64,000 nt of DNA from an uncultured Methanomicrobiales archaeon (lineage in GTDB: Archaea; Halobacteriota; Methanomicrobia; Methanomicrobiales; Methanospirillaceae). A model generated the notes under the pieces. The model was not told the origin of the DNA. It saw only the letters and a list, made by a program, of their open reading frames with translations, and did not search any database. How positions within the stretch are numbered: the first letter of the stretch is position 1; each line of letters starts with the position of its first letter. Shown here one piece after another: positions 63,455 through 64,000 of this stretch. Made by a program: the position numbers and the translations under genes. The stretch is taken from positions 1 to 64,000 of the forward strand of contig CAVWXH010000007.1 in assembly GCA_963758915.1 (NCBI GenBank). The letters are read 5' to 3'.

Positions 63455-63674
63455 GAAAACGTGGGAAGATCTGGGAATACCCTGATGTCCATGATAGATT
63501 ATAGAGCATATCAATAAAACAGATAGTAAGGCCATTTTTTCCTCTCCCTGCCCTTTATAGTCCTGATACGCCCTGTTTCAGATTTGGAGTTATTTCATCA
63601 GATATTCCCTCATCCAGGGACTCCTGCCTGCGGGAATTTATTTTCAATGCACAAAACGTGACCACTACCCCGGT

Positions 63675-64000
63675 TCACGCGGGGGCAGGTATTATGCCGA
63701 GCATGTAGAGAGCGATGAGGATGAGCAGGAATGCAAATATTCCCGATAGTTTTCTGGCAGGGAGGTGGTTTGCAACATGTACCCCGATAATAGTGAACGG
63801 GATTGTCACACAAACAATAATCCCCCATAATACCAGGTTCACGTACCCGATAGAGAATGGCGGGAGGCCCGGAACACCGATCCCGTTAATAATATACGCG
63901 ATCGTGCTCCCGGCAGAAGAAAACATGATACATGCTGATGATGTGGCCATTGCTTCGTGTACCGGAACCCCGAATATACAGACTAATATCGGGAGTATGA
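63675..64000 (-). CDS. TauE/SafE sulfite exporter family protein (5' end outside the window)
   Basis: GVPVHEAMATSS, PPFSIGYVN, G..VANHLP..KL..IF. Confidence 0.85.
   Translation of the reverse strand, partial: ILPILVCIFGVPVHEAMATSSACIMFSSAGSTIAYIINGIGVPGLPPFSIGYVNLVLWGIIVCVTIPFTIIGVHVANHLPARKLSGIFAFLLILIALYMLGIIPAPA

Overview
Chromosomal window from a methanogenic archaeon, most likely Methanomicrobiales (Methanoregula/Methanolinea-like). This is inferred from archaeal ThrRS, GGGP synthase, aIF-1A, an archaellin, TATA/BRE promoters and sheath-type proteins. 1-6.1 kb is a phosphate uptake locus (pstS, arsC, phoU, pstB, fused pstCA, divergent AbrB-PhoU regulator). 7-18.5 kb is housekeeping (thrS, dcd, trmJ, GGGPS, topA, gatBAC, Asn synthase-like). 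Next come fumC, tRNA-Leu(TAA), a probable sheath-protein homologue and an AT-richer ~8.3 kb surface-protein gene with 8x270-bp repeats and three +1 frameshifts (probably sequencing indels). These are followed by a two-domain PPK2, a membrane-anchored PKD-PKD-TM-diadenylate cyclase and ~29 kb of accessory genes. Most notable observations: (1) a receptor-like c-di-AMP synthase; (2) a dispersed nested non-coding repeat family whose inner inverted-repeat-bounded module occurs in opposite orientations behind the same hairpin flank; (3) a mini paralogue of the sheath-like protein; (4) identically spaced TATAGA boxes at both pst promoters; (5) a likely AUU start codon for aIF-1A. No CRISPR array, rRNA, integrase or transposase was seen. 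All family assignments are by motif recognition, not database search.
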